A stretch of 64,000 nt of DNA from Burkholderiales bacterium RIFCSPLOWO2_12_FULL_61_40 (GCA_001770935.1 MESI01000022.1:106-64105), one strand, 5' to 3'; shown: positions 47,204 through 57,469, numbered from the stretch's first letter. The notes: generated by a model from the letters alone, not told the origin. Numbers and translations: made by a program.

Positions 47204-47229
47204 AATTTACAAAACCGGTTTTGTAAATT
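47204..47229. promoter_or_regulatory. 26-bp perfect palindrome in the 433-bp porin/FMN-reductase divergent spacer
   Basis: AATTTACAAAACC|GGTTTTGTAAATT, followed by a GTAAAT-N6-GTAAAT direct repeat. Confidence 0.5.
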
Positions 47230-47427
47230 TCACGTAAATGGCTTCAAAAGGAGTTGGAGTTACACCACAAAACAAGTGCCATACAACGATGGCGGGCTGG
47301 CAAAAGGCGTAATTTGGGGAAAAGTGCAGTCGTTTTGATCGACTTTATGGCCGTTGAGGATTCTCAAACTACCCGACATGTTCAACAGTAGATTGGAGTT
47401 TTTCAAGCGCACGCACGAAAGGTCAAC

Positions 47428-48009
47428 ATGGCAACGCTCATTGGAATGGCAGGAAGTCTGCGCGTCGGGTCATTCAACGCCGCACTGCTGCGTGCGGCCG
47501 CCACGTTGATGCCACAGGGCAGCCGCCTCGATACGGCGGACATCCGGGGTATCCCTCTGTACGACGGTGATGTTGAAACCACGCAAGGCATCCCGCCAGC
47601 CGTGGCAGCGTTGAAAGACAGAATTGCCGCCGCAGACGGTTTGATACTGGCCACGCCAGAGTACAACAATGCGCTGCCAGGCGTGTTCAAAAATGCGATC
47701 GACTGGCTGTCGCGGCCGCCCGGTGATATTTCCCGGGTATTTGGCAACCGACCGGTGGCTGTTATCGGCGCATCACCCAGCAACTTTGGCACCATCCTGG
47801 CGCAAAATAGCTGGCTACCTGTATTGCGCGTACTGGGCACGCAACCCTGGTTCACCGGGCGCCTCATGGTGCCTCGCGCTGGCAGCATGTTCAACGAACA
47901 GGGTGAACTGCTTGACGAGAAAGTCAGAACCCAATTGCAGCAGTTCATGCATGGTTTTGTTGATTTTGTGCAATTGCAATGCACAGCAGGCAATACGAGA
48001 CAGCGCTAG
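47428..48009 (+). CDS. NADPH-dependent FMN reductase family protein
   Basis: 193 aa. GSLRVGSFNAALLRAA and ILATPEYNNALPGVFKNAIDWLSR. Confidence 0.8.
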   Translation: MATLIGMAGSLRVGSFNAALLRAAATLMPQGSRLDTADIRGIPLYDGDVETTQGIPPAVAALKDRIAAADGLILATPEYNNALPGVFKNAIDWLSRPPGDISRVFGNRPVAVIGASPSNFGTILAQNSWLPVLRVLGTQPWFTGRLMVPRAGSMFNEQGELLDEKVRTQLQQFMHGFVDFVQLQCTAGNTRQR

Positions 48010-48048
48010 CGCGCACCCGCTCTGCGCGTCCCCCCTTGCACACGCGCC

Positions 48049-48255
48049 TTATTTTTTGACCTGACTTCCTACCACTCCGCCAACCACCGCGCCACCCACC
48101 GTAGCGCCCGTTTGCCCACCACTGAGAACCGACCCCGCGACTGCACCCGCGCCAGCGCCGATGGCCGCGTTGCGTTCTTGGGTGGTCATGCCAGCGCACC
48201 CACCCAAGACAACCAAACTTAGCAGGGCCATTGCTGATTTTGTCCAAGCGTTCAT
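48049..48255 (-). CDS. Glycine-zipper (OsmB-like) lipoprotein
   Basis: 68 aa. Lipobox LGGC, then a Gly/Ala-zipper (AAIGAGAGAVAGSVLSGG...GGAVVGGVVG). Confidence 0.65.
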   Translation of the reverse strand: MNAWTKSAMALLSLVVLGGCAGMTTQERNAAIGAGAGAVAGSVLSGGQTGATVGGAVVGGVVGSQVKK

Positions 48256-48495
48256 GATCTACCTCCTTCAGGTTGCACACCAAGCGCATCCTTAGACGAA
48301 TTGTTGCCGTTGAAAGTTCCCGTCTAACCGACATTTGTCAATGCAGCGGTCAAAACGGTATGGCACATGCTGGATTCGTGTCAAGTCCATTTCCGGCTAT
48401 CCGCAGTACGATACCGGACTTTCCTGTATTTTTTGAAAATTGACTGACATTGAAGGCCCCGGCGTCACGCCTGCACAACGGGGCGGAGCACGACC

Positions 48496-49824
48496 TTGAA
48501 AACACCAGAACTTCTCGCCCCAGCGGGCTCCCTGACCATGCTGGAAACGGCCTTTGCCTTTGGTGCAACGGCAGTGTACGCAGGCCAGCCGCGTTATTCG
48601 CTGCGGGTACGCAACAACGACTTTGGCAACCTGGAGGTGCTCAAGCAGGGCATTGACCAGGCGCATGCGCTGGGACACCGGTTCTTTCTGGTGTCCAACA
48701 TCTTCCCGCACGACAACAAGATCAAGAGTTATGTGCAGAACATGACGCCAGTGATCGACTTGAAGCCCGACGCCATGATCATGTCCGACCCCGGCCTGAT
48801 CATGATGGTGCGCGAAACCTGGCCCGAGATGGAAATCCACCTCTCGGTGCAGGCCAACACCGTGAATTCCGCCGCCGTGAAATTCTGGAAAAGCGTGGGC
48901 GTGCGCCGCGTGATTCTGTCGCGCGAACTCTCTCTGGACCAGGTGGCGCAGATCCGCCAGGAGTGCCCGGACACCGAGCTGGAGGTGTTTGTGCACGGCG
49001 CGCTGTGCATCGCCTACTCGGGGCGCTGCCTGCTGTCGGGTTACTTCAACCACCGCGATGCCAACCAGGGCAGTTGCACCAATTCCTGCCGCTGGGACTA
49101 CAAGACCCAGCCCGGCGTGGTCGATGCCTCGGGGGACATCCTGGCGCCCCAGGCCGCCGCCGAGCGCGAGCGCGCCGAGGTCTATGTGATCGAAGAAAGC
49201 CAGCGCCCCGGCAGCTACATGCCCATCGAAGAAGACGAGCACGGCACCTACGTGATGAACTCCAAGGACCTGCGCGCCATCGAGCATGTGCAGCGCCTGG
49301 TGGAAATTGGCGTGGACTCGCTCAAGATCGAAGGCCGCACCAAGAGCCCCTACTACGTGGCGCGCACGGCGCAGGTCTACCGCCAGGCCATTGACGACGC
49401 GGTGGCCGGGCGCGCGCTCGACCCGGCCCTGCTGGGGCAGTTGGAGGGGCTGGCCAACCGGGGCTACACCTCGGGATTCTTCCAGCGCCACACACCGGAG
49501 GCCACGCAAAACTACCTGCGCGGCTATTCCGAGTCCGGCCGCAGCCTCTATGTGGGCGATGTGCGCGCGTTTGACGCGGCACGTGGCTTGGCCGAGGTCA
49601 ATGTCCGCAACAAATTTGCCGTGGGCGACTGGCTGGAGATCATCCACCCCAAGGGCAACCACGATGTGCAACTCACCCGCATGGAAAACGCCGAGGCGCA
49701 GGCCATGGACGTGGCACCGGGCAGCGGCCACACCGTGTGGCTGCCGCTGCCCGAAAGCGCAGTGGGCGCCTTCGTGGCGCGTTATGTAGCCGACCAGGGG
49801 ACGCAAGCCGATGCTGGAAATTAG
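48496..49824 (+). CDS. yegQ: Peptidase U32 family protein (YegQ/TrhP-like)
   Basis: 442 aa, TTG start. PELLAPAGSL..., EIHLSVQANTVN, ALCIAYSGRCLLS. Confidence 0.85.
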   Translation: MKTPELLAPAGSLTMLETAFAFGATAVYAGQPRYSLRVRNNDFGNLEVLKQGIDQAHALGHRFFLVSNIFPHDNKIKSYVQNMTPVIDLKPDAMIMSDPGLIMMVRETWPEMEIHLSVQANTVNSAAVKFWKSVGVRRVILSRELSLDQVAQIRQECPDTELEVFVHGALCIAYSGRCLLSGYFNHRDANQGSCTNSCRWDYKTQPGVVDASGDILAPQAAAERERAEVYVIEESQRPGSYMPIEEDEHGTYVMNSKDLRAIEHVQRLVEIGVDSLKIEGRTKSPYYVARTAQVYRQAIDDAVAGRALDPALLGQLEGLANRGYTSGFFQRHTPEATQNYLRGYSESGRSLYVGDVRAFDAARGLAEVNVRNKFAVGDWLEIIHPKGNHDVQLTRMENAEAQAMDVAPGSGHTVWLPLPESAVGAFVARYVADQGTQADAGN

Positions 49825-50206
49825 AGAAGACGAAGTCGAGATCACGGCCATCCGCGCGCAGGGGGCCGGGGGGCAAAACGTCAACAAAGTCTCCAGCGCC
49901 ATTCACCTGCGTTTTGACATCGGCGCATCGTCCTTGCCCGAGAAGGTCAAAGAGCGTCTGCTGGCGCTGCCCGACAGCCGCATCACCAAGGCCGGTGTGC
50001 TGGTGCTCAAGGCGCAGCAACACCGCACGCAAGAGATGAACCGGGTGGACGCCTTGTTGCGCCTGCATGAAATTGTCAACAGCGTAGCGGTGCTTCCCAA
50101 AACACGGCGAGCCACCAAACCGAGCTATGCCTCCAAACAAAAGTTGCGTGTGGCCAAAAGCCAGCGTTCCGAAACCAAGGCTTTGCGCGCGCGCGTTGAC
50201 GCGTAG
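49811..50206 (+). CDS. arfB: Alternative ribosome-rescue factor ArfB (peptidyl-tRNA hydrolase, YaeJ)
   Basis: 131 aa. GGQ motif (RAQGAGGQNVNKVSSA) and basic C-terminal tail. 14-nt overlap with yegQ. Confidence 0.9.
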   Translation: MLEIREDEVEITAIRAQGAGGQNVNKVSSAIHLRFDIGASSLPEKVKERLLALPDSRITKAGVLVLKAQQHRTQEMNRVDALLRLHEIVNSVAVLPKTRRATKPSYASKQKLRVAKSQRSETKALRARVDA

Positions 50207-50262
50207 ATTGTCGGGTTCGGCCCTCTGGTCGTATCGGCGCCGAAAGCGTAAGATTTGCGCCA

Positions 50263-52092
50263 ATGTCAGATTCCCACACCTTCACCGTCGCGCCAGATGA
50301 CAACGCCAGGTACCGGCGTTTGTTGCATGGGGTGCTGCTGACGGTGCTGCTGCTCAGTGTGCTGTCGTTCATGGGATTGGTGGCCAGCGACACCTATTCC
50401 ATGTCACGCGCAGTCTTTTTCCCCCTATTCCTGGGGGTGATTGGGCTGAGCTATGTCCAGTTGAAGCATTCTGTTCAGCGCGGGGTCAGCGTGCTGATCG
50501 TCGGTTTGTGGGGCGCCACCTCGGCGATCACCATTCTGTTTGCGGGCGTGCACAGCGCCAATATGCTGATTTACCCCTTCTTGATCGTGTTGACTGGCTG
50601 GCTGCTGGGAACCCGATGGTTGGTGGGAATTGCTGGCTCCACCATTGCAATAGTGATGGTCTTGGGGGTATTGGAGTTTCAGGGCTTCTACCATCCCTCC
50701 CCGCGGGCAGGGGTGGTGTTTGTCACGCTCACCTTGGTCAGTACGCTGGTGGCCATCAGTTTTCTCACGGCGGTGGCCTACCGCAGTCTGTCCCAAAAGC
50801 GGGACCAGGCCTACACCCTGGCGCAACAAATGGCGCAGCAAAACATGACGCTGGCACAGCGCGAGCGCGATTTGCAAATGATCATGAGCCATGTGTCCGC
50901 CGGACTGGCTTCGTTTGATTCCAGCTCACGCCTGCGTTTTGGCAACCAGCGCTACGCCGCCCTGTTTGGTGCACACGCCGAACAACTGGTGGGACGGCAC
51001 ATCACGGAATACACGCCCCAGGCGACCCTGGATCTCATCATGCCGTATTGGAACCAATGCCTGGCCGGTGCGCGGGCCGAATACCGCCGTATCAACCACG
51101 ACCCCTTGACGGGGGAGGCGCGTATCTTCGACGTTGCGCTGGAGCCGGAATACCACGAGGCACGGGTGACAGGGCTGTTTGCACTCCTGATTGACGTGAC
51201 CGAAAAGGTCGCCGCTGAAGCGCACATCAAAGAACTCAACGCCACATTGGAGAAACGGGTGGAACTGCGTACGCAGGAACTCCATGCCGCCATGGACACC
51301 TTGCAACGTTCCCAAGATGAATTGGCCCGCAGCGAAACGCGGGCCGCGCTCAACACCATGATTGCCAGTGTGACCCACGAACTCAGCACGCCCTTGGGCA
51401 ACAGCCTGATGGTGGCCAGCACCCTGGTGTGTGAAAGTGAGGATTTCCAGAAGGCGGTCGACAGCAACCAACTCAAACGCTCGGACCTCAACGCCTTTGC
51501 GGATGCCGTGCGCTCCGGCAATGATTTGCTGCTGCGCAACCTGCAACGGGCCACAGACCTGCTGAATAAATTCAGACAGGTGGCCAATGACCAAGCGAGT
51601 GAGCAGCGCCGTGCCTTTGATCTGGCGATAGTGGTCAAGGAAATCGTCGATACCCTGGCGCCCAGCCTGAAGCGGCATCCGCACCGTATTGTTCTGGACA
51701 TTCCGGAAGGCATCACCATGGACAGCCTGCCTGGGCCACTGGGGCAGGTCATCATCAACCTGACCAACAACGCCTATATGCATGCCTTTGAGGGGCGCAG
51801 CGATGGCGTGTTCACCGTCCGTGCAAGCACGCAGGGTGAATCGGGTGAATCCGTGCTGCTGTGCTGTGAGGACAATGGTGCAGGCATCTCGGACGACAAT
51901 CTCCAACACCTGTTTGAGCCCTTTTTCAGCACCAAGAAGGGGCGGGGTGGCACGGGACTGGGCATGGGTATCGTGGAAAACCTGGTTCGCAAAACCCTGG
52001 GGGGCTCGCTCAAAATGCACTCCGAGTTGGGGGTAGGCACCCGGATTGAAGTGCACTTGCCACGGGTTGCCCCCTTGGTGCCGCGCAATTAA
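50263..52092 (+). CDS. Membrane sensor histidine kinase, paralog of 44058..45938, orphan
   Basis: 609 aa with the same architecture. H-box ASVTHELSTPLGN; NLTNNAYMHAF, DNGAGI, GGTGLGMGIV. Confidence 0.8.
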   Translation: MSDSHTFTVAPDDNARYRRLLHGVLLTVLLLSVLSFMGLVASDTYSMSRAVFFPLFLGVIGLSYVQLKHSVQRGVSVLIVGLWGATSAITILFAGVHSANMLIYPFLIVLTGWLLGTRWLVGIAGSTIAIVMVLGVLEFQGFYHPSPRAGVVFVTLTLVSTLVAISFLTAVAYRSLSQKRDQAYTLAQQMAQQNMTLAQRERDLQMIMSHVSAGLASFDSSSRLRFGNQRYAALFGAHAEQLVGRHITEYTPQATLDLIMPYWNQCLAGARAEYRRINHDPLTGEARIFDVALEPEYHEARVTGLFALLIDVTEKVAAEAHIKELNATLEKRVELRTQELHAAMDTLQRSQDELARSETRAALNTMIASVTHELSTPLGNSLMVASTLVCESEDFQKAVDSNQLKRSDLNAFADAVRSGNDLLLRNLQRATDLLNKFRQVANDQASEQRRAFDLAIVVKEIVDTLAPSLKRHPHRIVLDIPEGITMDSLPGPLGQVIINLTNNAYMHAFEGRSDGVFTVRASTQGESGESVLLCCEDNGAGISDDNLQHLFEPFFSTKKGRGGTGLGMGIVENLVRKTLGGSLKMHSELGVGTRIEVHLPRVAPLVPRN

Positions 52093-52112
52093 TTCGGGTC
52101 GACATATCGGCG

Positions 52113-54089
52113 TTAGCGCCCCCGTAAAAACAGCGCATCCAGTTCGCTGAGCTTGAGCTGGCGCCAGGTGGGGCGCCCGTGGTTGCACTGGTCGGAGCGT
52201 TCGGTTTCCTCCATTTGGCGCAGCAGGGCGTTCATTTCCTCGATGGTCAGACGCCGGTTGGCGCGCACCGCACCGTGGCAGGCCATGGTGCCCAGCAGTT
52301 CGTTATGGGCGCGCTGGACCACGGTGCTGGCCTCATGCTGGCCCAGTTCGGCCAGCACGCTGCGGGCCAACTCCACCGGGTCACCCTGGGCCAGGGTCGT
52401 GGGCACGGCGCGCACCGCCAGCGTTTTCGGAGAAAACGGTGAAATTTCCAGCCCCAGCGTGGCGAGCGTCTCGGCGTGGGCCTCGGCGGTGGCCACCTCG
52501 GCGGGCGTGGCCGCAAAGGTGGCGGGAATCAGGAGCGGCTGACTGGCCAAGCCGGGCAGCACGGCACCCGGGCCGCCGCCGTCGGCGTTGGCCTGCACCG
52601 CCATTTGCTTCTTGAGCCGCTCGTAGACGATGCGCTCGTGTGCGGCATGCATGTCCACAATCACCAGGCCCTGGGTGTTTTCCGCCAGGATGTAGACGCC
52701 TTGCAACTGCGCCAGAGCCCGTCCCAGCGGCCAGTCGCCCTGGTGGGGTAGCGGGGCGGTGTCAACAATGGGGGGCAGCATGCTGGGGGGGGATATCCCC
52801 GCAAGGGGCGCGGAAGGTGCCGGTGTTTTTTGCCACAGCGCACCCAGATCGCTCACCCGGTGGCCGTAGGCATCTTCATTTGCTCTGAAATTAATAGCTG
52901 GTTGCGCACTGTACATGGGGGCTGCAGGCATATTTGATGCATAAATGGAGGCGGAGACGCCCCGCGCTGCATCCTGTAAAGCGCTCTCCGCCAGGCCCGG
53001 TAGCAACTGCGCGGCGGCGGCTGTGGCGGCGGACCGGGGTGCCGCCAGGGCGTCTTCCACCCCGTGGCGCACGGCCTGGTGCACCTCGCGGCTGTCGCGA
53101 AAGCGCACTTCGATCTTGGTGGGGTGCACATTGACATCCACCCGCGCCGGGTCGATCTCGATGTACAGCGCATACACCGGCTGGCGGTGGCCGTGCAGCA
53201 CGTCTTCGTAGGCACTGCGCCCGGCGTGGGTGAGCACCTTGTCGCGCACAAAGCGGCCGTTCACATAACAAAACTGCTGGTCGGCACGCGAGCGTGCGGC
53301 GTCGGGAATACCGGCGCGGCCCCAGACGCGCACGGTGGGGGCGTTTTCCAGGTGGCTTTGGCTTTTGCTGCGGTAGTCCACCCACACCGAGCGCTCGACA
53401 AAGTCGCCGCCCAAGACATCGGCCAGACGCTGGTCCAGGGCGGCCATGGGGTCGCTGGGGTGGTCGCAGCGGCGCCATTGCTCCACCAGTTTGCCGTCGG
53501 ACCAGATGGCAAAACCCACATCTGGCCGGGCCAGGGCGTGGCGGCGCACGGCTTCCACGCAGTGGGCCAGTTCGGTGGCGTCGGTTTTGAGGAATTTGCG
53601 CCGGGCCGGGGTGCTGTAAAACAGCTCCTTCACTTCCACTGTGGTGCCGGCACTGCGCGCCACGGGGCGCAGTTCGCCCGTGCGTCCGTCCAATAAAAAT
53701 GCATCAGAATGGCCGCTGGCCCGCGACAGTATTGCGCAGTCAGCTATGGAGTTGATAGCGGCCAGGGCTTCGCCCCGAAACCCCATGGTGGCGACCGATT
53801 CCAGGTCAGAGAGGTTGCCGATCTTGCTGGTGGCGTGGCGCTTGAAGGCAATGGGCAGTTCCTCGCGCAAGATGCCCATGCCATCGTCTTCCACCGATAT
53901 CAACCGCACACCACCGGCCAGCAAACGCACCGTGATTTGCGTGGCCCCGGCGTCCAGGGCGTTGTCCACCAGTTCACGCACCACGGAGGCGGGGCGCTCC
54001 ACCACCTCGCCAGCCGCAATCTGGCTGATCAGCTCGTCGGGTAGTTCACGGATGGGGCGGCGGGGGGAGGGGGAAAGAAGGGCGTTCAC
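52113..54089 (-). CDS. mutL: DNA mismatch repair protein MutL
   Basis: 658 aa. IAAGEVVERPASVVRELVDNALDAGAT, GFRGEALA, C-terminal dimerisation domain with CNHGRPTW. Confidence 0.95.
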   Translation of the reverse strand: MNALLSPSPRRPIRELPDELISQIAAGEVVERPASVVRELVDNALDAGATQITVRLLAGGVRLISVEDDGMGILREELPIAFKRHATSKIGNLSDLESVATMGFRGEALAAINSIADCAILSRASGHSDAFLLDGRTGELRPVARSAGTTVEVKELFYSTPARRKFLKTDATELAHCVEAVRRHALARPDVGFAIWSDGKLVEQWRRCDHPSDPMAALDQRLADVLGGDFVERSVWVDYRSKSQSHLENAPTVRVWGRAGIPDAARSRADQQFCYVNGRFVRDKVLTHAGRSAYEDVLHGHRQPVYALYIEIDPARVDVNVHPTKIEVRFRDSREVHQAVRHGVEDALAAPRSAATAAAAQLLPGLAESALQDAARGVSASIYASNMPAAPMYSAQPAINFRANEDAYGHRVSDLGALWQKTPAPSAPLAGISPPSMLPPIVDTAPLPHQGDWPLGRALAQLQGVYILAENTQGLVIVDMHAAHERIVYERLKKQMAVQANADGGGPGAVLPGLASQPLLIPATFAATPAEVATAEAHAETLATLGLEISPFSPKTLAVRAVPTTLAQGDPVELARSVLAELGQHEASTVVQRAHNELLGTMACHGAVRANRRLTIEEMNALLRQMEETERSDQCNHGRPTWRQLKLSELDALFLRGR

Positions 54090-54249
54090 CGGGGTATTTT
54101 AGGGATTTGTGGGTGGAATCGAAAGCCTCCCAGCAATGGCTACATTTTTCCGAACTGCTGCTTTGTTGCCCTGAAATTCATGCAGTGTGTGCAGCTGATT
54201 TTGGATGGCTGGATTCGGAGTGCCCGCCTGTTTGAGGCCGGGCATCACT

Positions 54250-54549
54250 CTACTCTGGTGTCAAGCGGCTTCGCGTTTTCACAGGATTCTGTCGGCTGTC
54301 CAATACTGCCATGACAGTAGCGGTGTCGTCAGCAAGGCGGTAATAAATGCTGAAGGGAAAGCGTTTACTGGTCGTCCAGTACAAATCGCCAAACCGCTTG
54401 GGGTGAATTCCCGCAAACAGTTCCAGGGAGTCGATGTCAGAGTACAGGCTGTCCAGAAAATACCAGCCCAAATTTGCTTGCTGAACTTCGTAAAACTCAA
54501 ATCCGTCGAGCAAGTCTTGTTCAGCGCTTGCGCTGATGAAGACTTTCAT
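54250..54549 (-). CDS. RelE/ParE-family toxin
   Basis: 99 aa from the internal Met (MKVFISASAEQDLLDGFEFYE...RFPFSIYYRLADDTATVMAVLDSRQNP). Confidence 0.75.
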   Translation of the reverse strand: MKVFISASAEQDLLDGFEFYEVQQANLGWYFLDSLYSDIDSLELFAGIHPKRFGDLYWTTSKRFPFSIYYRLADDTATVMAVLDSRQNPVKTRSRLTPE

Positions 54550-54785
54550 TGGGGTTGGCGTGCAAGGACCTGTGCCTTTGCTCGGATGCGGGCCTTGGCT
54601 TCGTCCCATGGCACAGCGGTTTCCTTACCAGTATCCAAGGCGGTGATGCGTGCGTGCAGTACATCGGCGTGCCAATCAGGCGTGGGGTACTTGGCGTCTG
54701 GCTCTCGGCATAAGGAATCCCAAAGTGCTTCCATCGCCAGCAGACGGTCCGCCAGGGGTAAGGCAACAAGTTCAGCAGCCAACAT
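54546..54785 (-). CDS. Putative addiction-module antitoxin component
   Basis: 79 aa (LPLADRLLAMEALWDSL...WHADVLHARITALDTGKETAVPWDEAKARIR). 4-nt overlap with the toxin gene. Confidence 0.65.
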   Translation of the reverse strand: MLAAELVALPLADRLLAMEALWDSLCREPDAKYPTPDWHADVLHARITALDTGKETAVPWDEAKARIRAKAQVLARQPQ

Positions 54786-54866
54786 GGGAATTCCAGTTCG
54801 TAAAAGTAATCTGAGGTGATATTAGCAAAATCCCCCAAAAGCAGGTGGCGACGATAATCCCTCCCC

Positions 54867-55511
54867 ATGGAAATCATCAGCTACCTCATTGACTTTATCC
54901 TCCACGTTGACAAACACCTGGAGACCTTTGTCCAAACCTACGGCCTGTGGGTCTACGCTCTGCTGTTTTTGGTCATCTTTGTGGAGACCGGCGTGGTGGT
55001 CATGCCCTTCTTGCCCGGCGATTCGCTTTTGTTTGTGGTCGGTGCCATGTGCGGCGTAGGGTTGATGAGCTACCCGCTGTCGGTGGGCCTGCTGCTGGCG
55101 GCGGCGGTGCTGGGCAACCAAAGCAACTACGCCATCGGGCGCTTTTTCGGCCCCAAGGTCTTCCAGTGGGAAGACTCGCGCTTTTTCAATAAAAAGGCCT
55201 TCGACCAGGCCCATGCGTTCTACGAGAAGTACGGCGGCATCACCATTGTGGCGGCACGTTTCATGCCGTTTTTGCGCACTTTTGCCCCCTTTGTGGCCGG
55301 TGTGGCGCAGATGACGCGGGCCAAGTTCACCTTTTTTGATGTCACGGGCGGCATGCTGTGGGTGGTGGGCATCGTCACCATCGGGTATTTCTTTGGCAAT
55401 TTCCCGTTTGTGAAAGCGCACCTGGACAAAATCATCTGGGCCATGATTTTGATTCCGGGGCTGGTGATTCTGTTCGGTGCCTGGAGGGCACGGCGCAAGG
55501 CATCCGTGTGA
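54867..55511 (+). CDS. DedA-family membrane protein
   Basis: 214 aa. FVETGVVVMPFLPGDSLLF and GRFFGPK motifs. Confidence 0.85.
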   Translation: MEIISYLIDFILHVDKHLETFVQTYGLWVYALLFLVIFVETGVVVMPFLPGDSLLFVVGAMCGVGLMSYPLSVGLLLAAAVLGNQSNYAIGRFFGPKVFQWEDSRFFNKKAFDQAHAFYEKYGGITIVAARFMPFLRTFAPFVAGVAQMTRAKFTFFDVTGGMLWVVGIVTIGYFFGNFPFVKAHLDKIIWAMILIPGLVILFGAWRARRKASV

Positions 55512-55547
55512 GTGCATCGGTATTCTTTTCATTTTTTCAAGGAGTGA

Positions 55548-56357
55548 ATGATGGCAATGGACGTGGTGGATTACGAAATTTTTGGCTCGGAAATGCAGTA
55601 CATCGAGGTCGAGCTGGACCCAGGCGAGGCCGCTGTGGGCGAAGCCGGCGTGATGATGTACATGCAGGACGGCATCCAGATGGACACCGTTTTTGGTGAT
55701 GGTTCCTCCCAGCAAGGCGGCTTTTTCGGCAAGCTGATGGGCGCCGGCAAGCGCCTGATCACCGGCGAAGGCCTGTTCACCACCGTCTTCCACAACGAAG
55801 CCAATGGCAAACGGCGGGTGGCGTTTGCCGCACCGTACCCCGGCAAGATTGTTCCCATGGACCTGGCCCAGCTTGGCGGCACGCTGATCTGCCAGAAAGA
55901 CTCCTTTTTGTGTGCAGCCAAAGGCGTGGCCCTGGGCATTGCCTTCCAGAAAAAGCTGGGTGTGGGCCTGTTTGGCGGCGAGGGCTTCATCATGCAAAAG
56001 CTCGACGGCGATGGCATGGCCTTTGTGCATGCTGGCGGCACGCTGATGGAGCGCACCTTGGCGCCGGGGGAAACCCTGCGGGTGGACACCGGCTGTGTGG
56101 TGGCCTTCCAGCCCTCGGTGGACTTTGACATCCAGTTTGTGGGCAAGATCAAATCGGCCATTTTTGGCGGTGAAGGCCTGTTTTTTGCCACCCTGCGCGG
56201 CCCCGGCAAAATTTGGCTGCAGTCTTTGCCGCTGTCGCGCCTGGCCAACCGCATCATCCTGTCCGCCCCGGCGGCCGGTGGCCGCTCGGCCGACCAGGGC
56301 TCCTTGCTGGGTGCGGGGGTGCTGGGGGGCTTGCTGGGTGGCGATAGCGACGACTGA
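55548..56357 (+). CDS. TIGR00266/AIM24-family protein
   Basis: 269 aa. [21 protein letters not shown]..., with a Gly-rich C-terminus. Confidence 0.75.
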   Translation: MMAMDVVDYEIFGSEMQYIEVELDPGEAAVGEAGVMMYMQDGIQMDTVFGDGSSQQGGFFGKLMGAGKRLITGEGLFTTVFHNEANGKRRVAFAAPYPGKIVPMDLAQLGGTLICQKDSFLCAAKGVALGIAFQKKLGVGLFGGEGFIMQKLDGDGMAFVHAGGTLMERTLAPGETLRVDTGCVVAFQPSVDFDIQFVGKIKSAIFGGEGLFFATLRGPGKIWLQSLPLSRLANRIILSAPAAGGRSADQGSLLGAGVLGGLLGGDSDD

Positions 56358-57457
56358 TGGCGTCCTTCACCGGCCGTGTGTTCGGCCCCGGTCTGGCGGG
56401 CACGGGCGAGGTGGCCCAGGCGCAGTGGCAGCACGGCCAGTTGCGCTTGCAGACCCCCAGCCTGAGCCTGGACATGGGGGTCAACCCCCACATCACCGGC
56501 GGCGGCTTCAATGCCGAACAACTGCGGGTGAGCTGGCAAGCGCCCGAGGGCGAATTTGTGTTTTTTGTGGACGCAGGCGCGGCCCAGGCCGCGTTTGTGG
56601 CAGACCTGCCGCCGCAGTGGCGGGCGCAGCTTGCTGGCGCGCAGCGCAGCCAAAGCCGTGTCCGGGCGCGTTGGCGCTGGGGTATCGCAGCGCTGGTGTT
56701 GTGCCTGTCCGTGCCCCTGGCCGCTTTGGTTGCATTGGTCGTTCGCAGCGATGCGGTGGCGGCCTGGGTGGTGCAATGGGTGCCGCCCGCCTATGAGGCC
56801 AAGCTGGGCGACCTGGTGCTGGTGCAAACCCAGGCACAGATGCGGCTGATCGACAGCGGCCCGGCGGTGGAGGCCCTTCGGCAGATGGGGGAAAAGCTGG
56901 TGCCCCACTCGCCCTACCGTTACCGGTGGTTGCTGGCGGACCACCCCGATGTCAACGCCTTTGCCGCACCGGGCGGTGTGGTCGTGGTGTTCTCGGGTCT
57001 GCTGATGGCCGCCGACACCCCCGAAGAGGTGGCCGCCGTCCTGGCGCATGAGGTGGCCCACGCCGAATTGCGCCATGGCCTGCAAGGCGTGGTCAAAAGC
57101 CTGGGCCTGCAAGCCGGTGCCGTGCTGTTGGGTGACGCCACCGGCGTGGCGGTTCCGGGCCTGCTGTCCCATTTGCTGGAGCGCCAGTTTTCGCGGGAGG
57201 CCGAAACGGCGGCGGATGCCGAGGGGCTGCGCCGTTTAGTGGCGGCCCGCATTGACCCGGCCAACATGGTGGTGTTCATGAAAAAACTGGCCGCCAAGGA
57301 AAAGGGCGTGGAGCTGCCCCAGTGGTTGTCCACCCACCCGGCGCCTGAAGACCGGGCGGCGCGGTTGCAGGCGCAGGTTTCGACCCTGCCAGGCCCGTGG
57401 CAGCCGCTGGCCATCGACTGGGCGGCGGTGCAGCGTAGCCTGCCGCGCCAGCCCTGA
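56357..57457 (+). CDS. M48-family zinc metallopeptidase with N-terminal domain and TM segment
   Basis: 366 aa. HEVAHAELRH (HExxH) and downstream ...EAETAADAEG.... The start overlaps the previous stop (TGATG). Confidence 0.8.
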   Translation: MASFTGRVFGPGLAGTGEVAQAQWQHGQLRLQTPSLSLDMGVNPHITGGGFNAEQLRVSWQAPEGEFVFFVDAGAAQAAFVADLPPQWRAQLAGAQRSQSRVRARWRWGIAALVLCLSVPLAALVALVVRSDAVAAWVVQWVPPAYEAKLGDLVLVQTQAQMRLIDSGPAVEALRQMGEKLVPHSPYRYRWLLADHPDVNAFAAPGGVVVVFSGLLMAADTPEEVAAVLAHEVAHAELRHGLQGVVKSLGLQAGAVLLGDATGVAVPGLLSHLLERQFSREAETAADAEGLRRLVAARIDPANMVVFMKKLAAKEKGVELPQWLSTHPAPEDRAARLQAQVSTLPGPWQPLAIDWAAVQRSLPRQP

Positions 57458-57469
57458 GCAACGCTGGTT

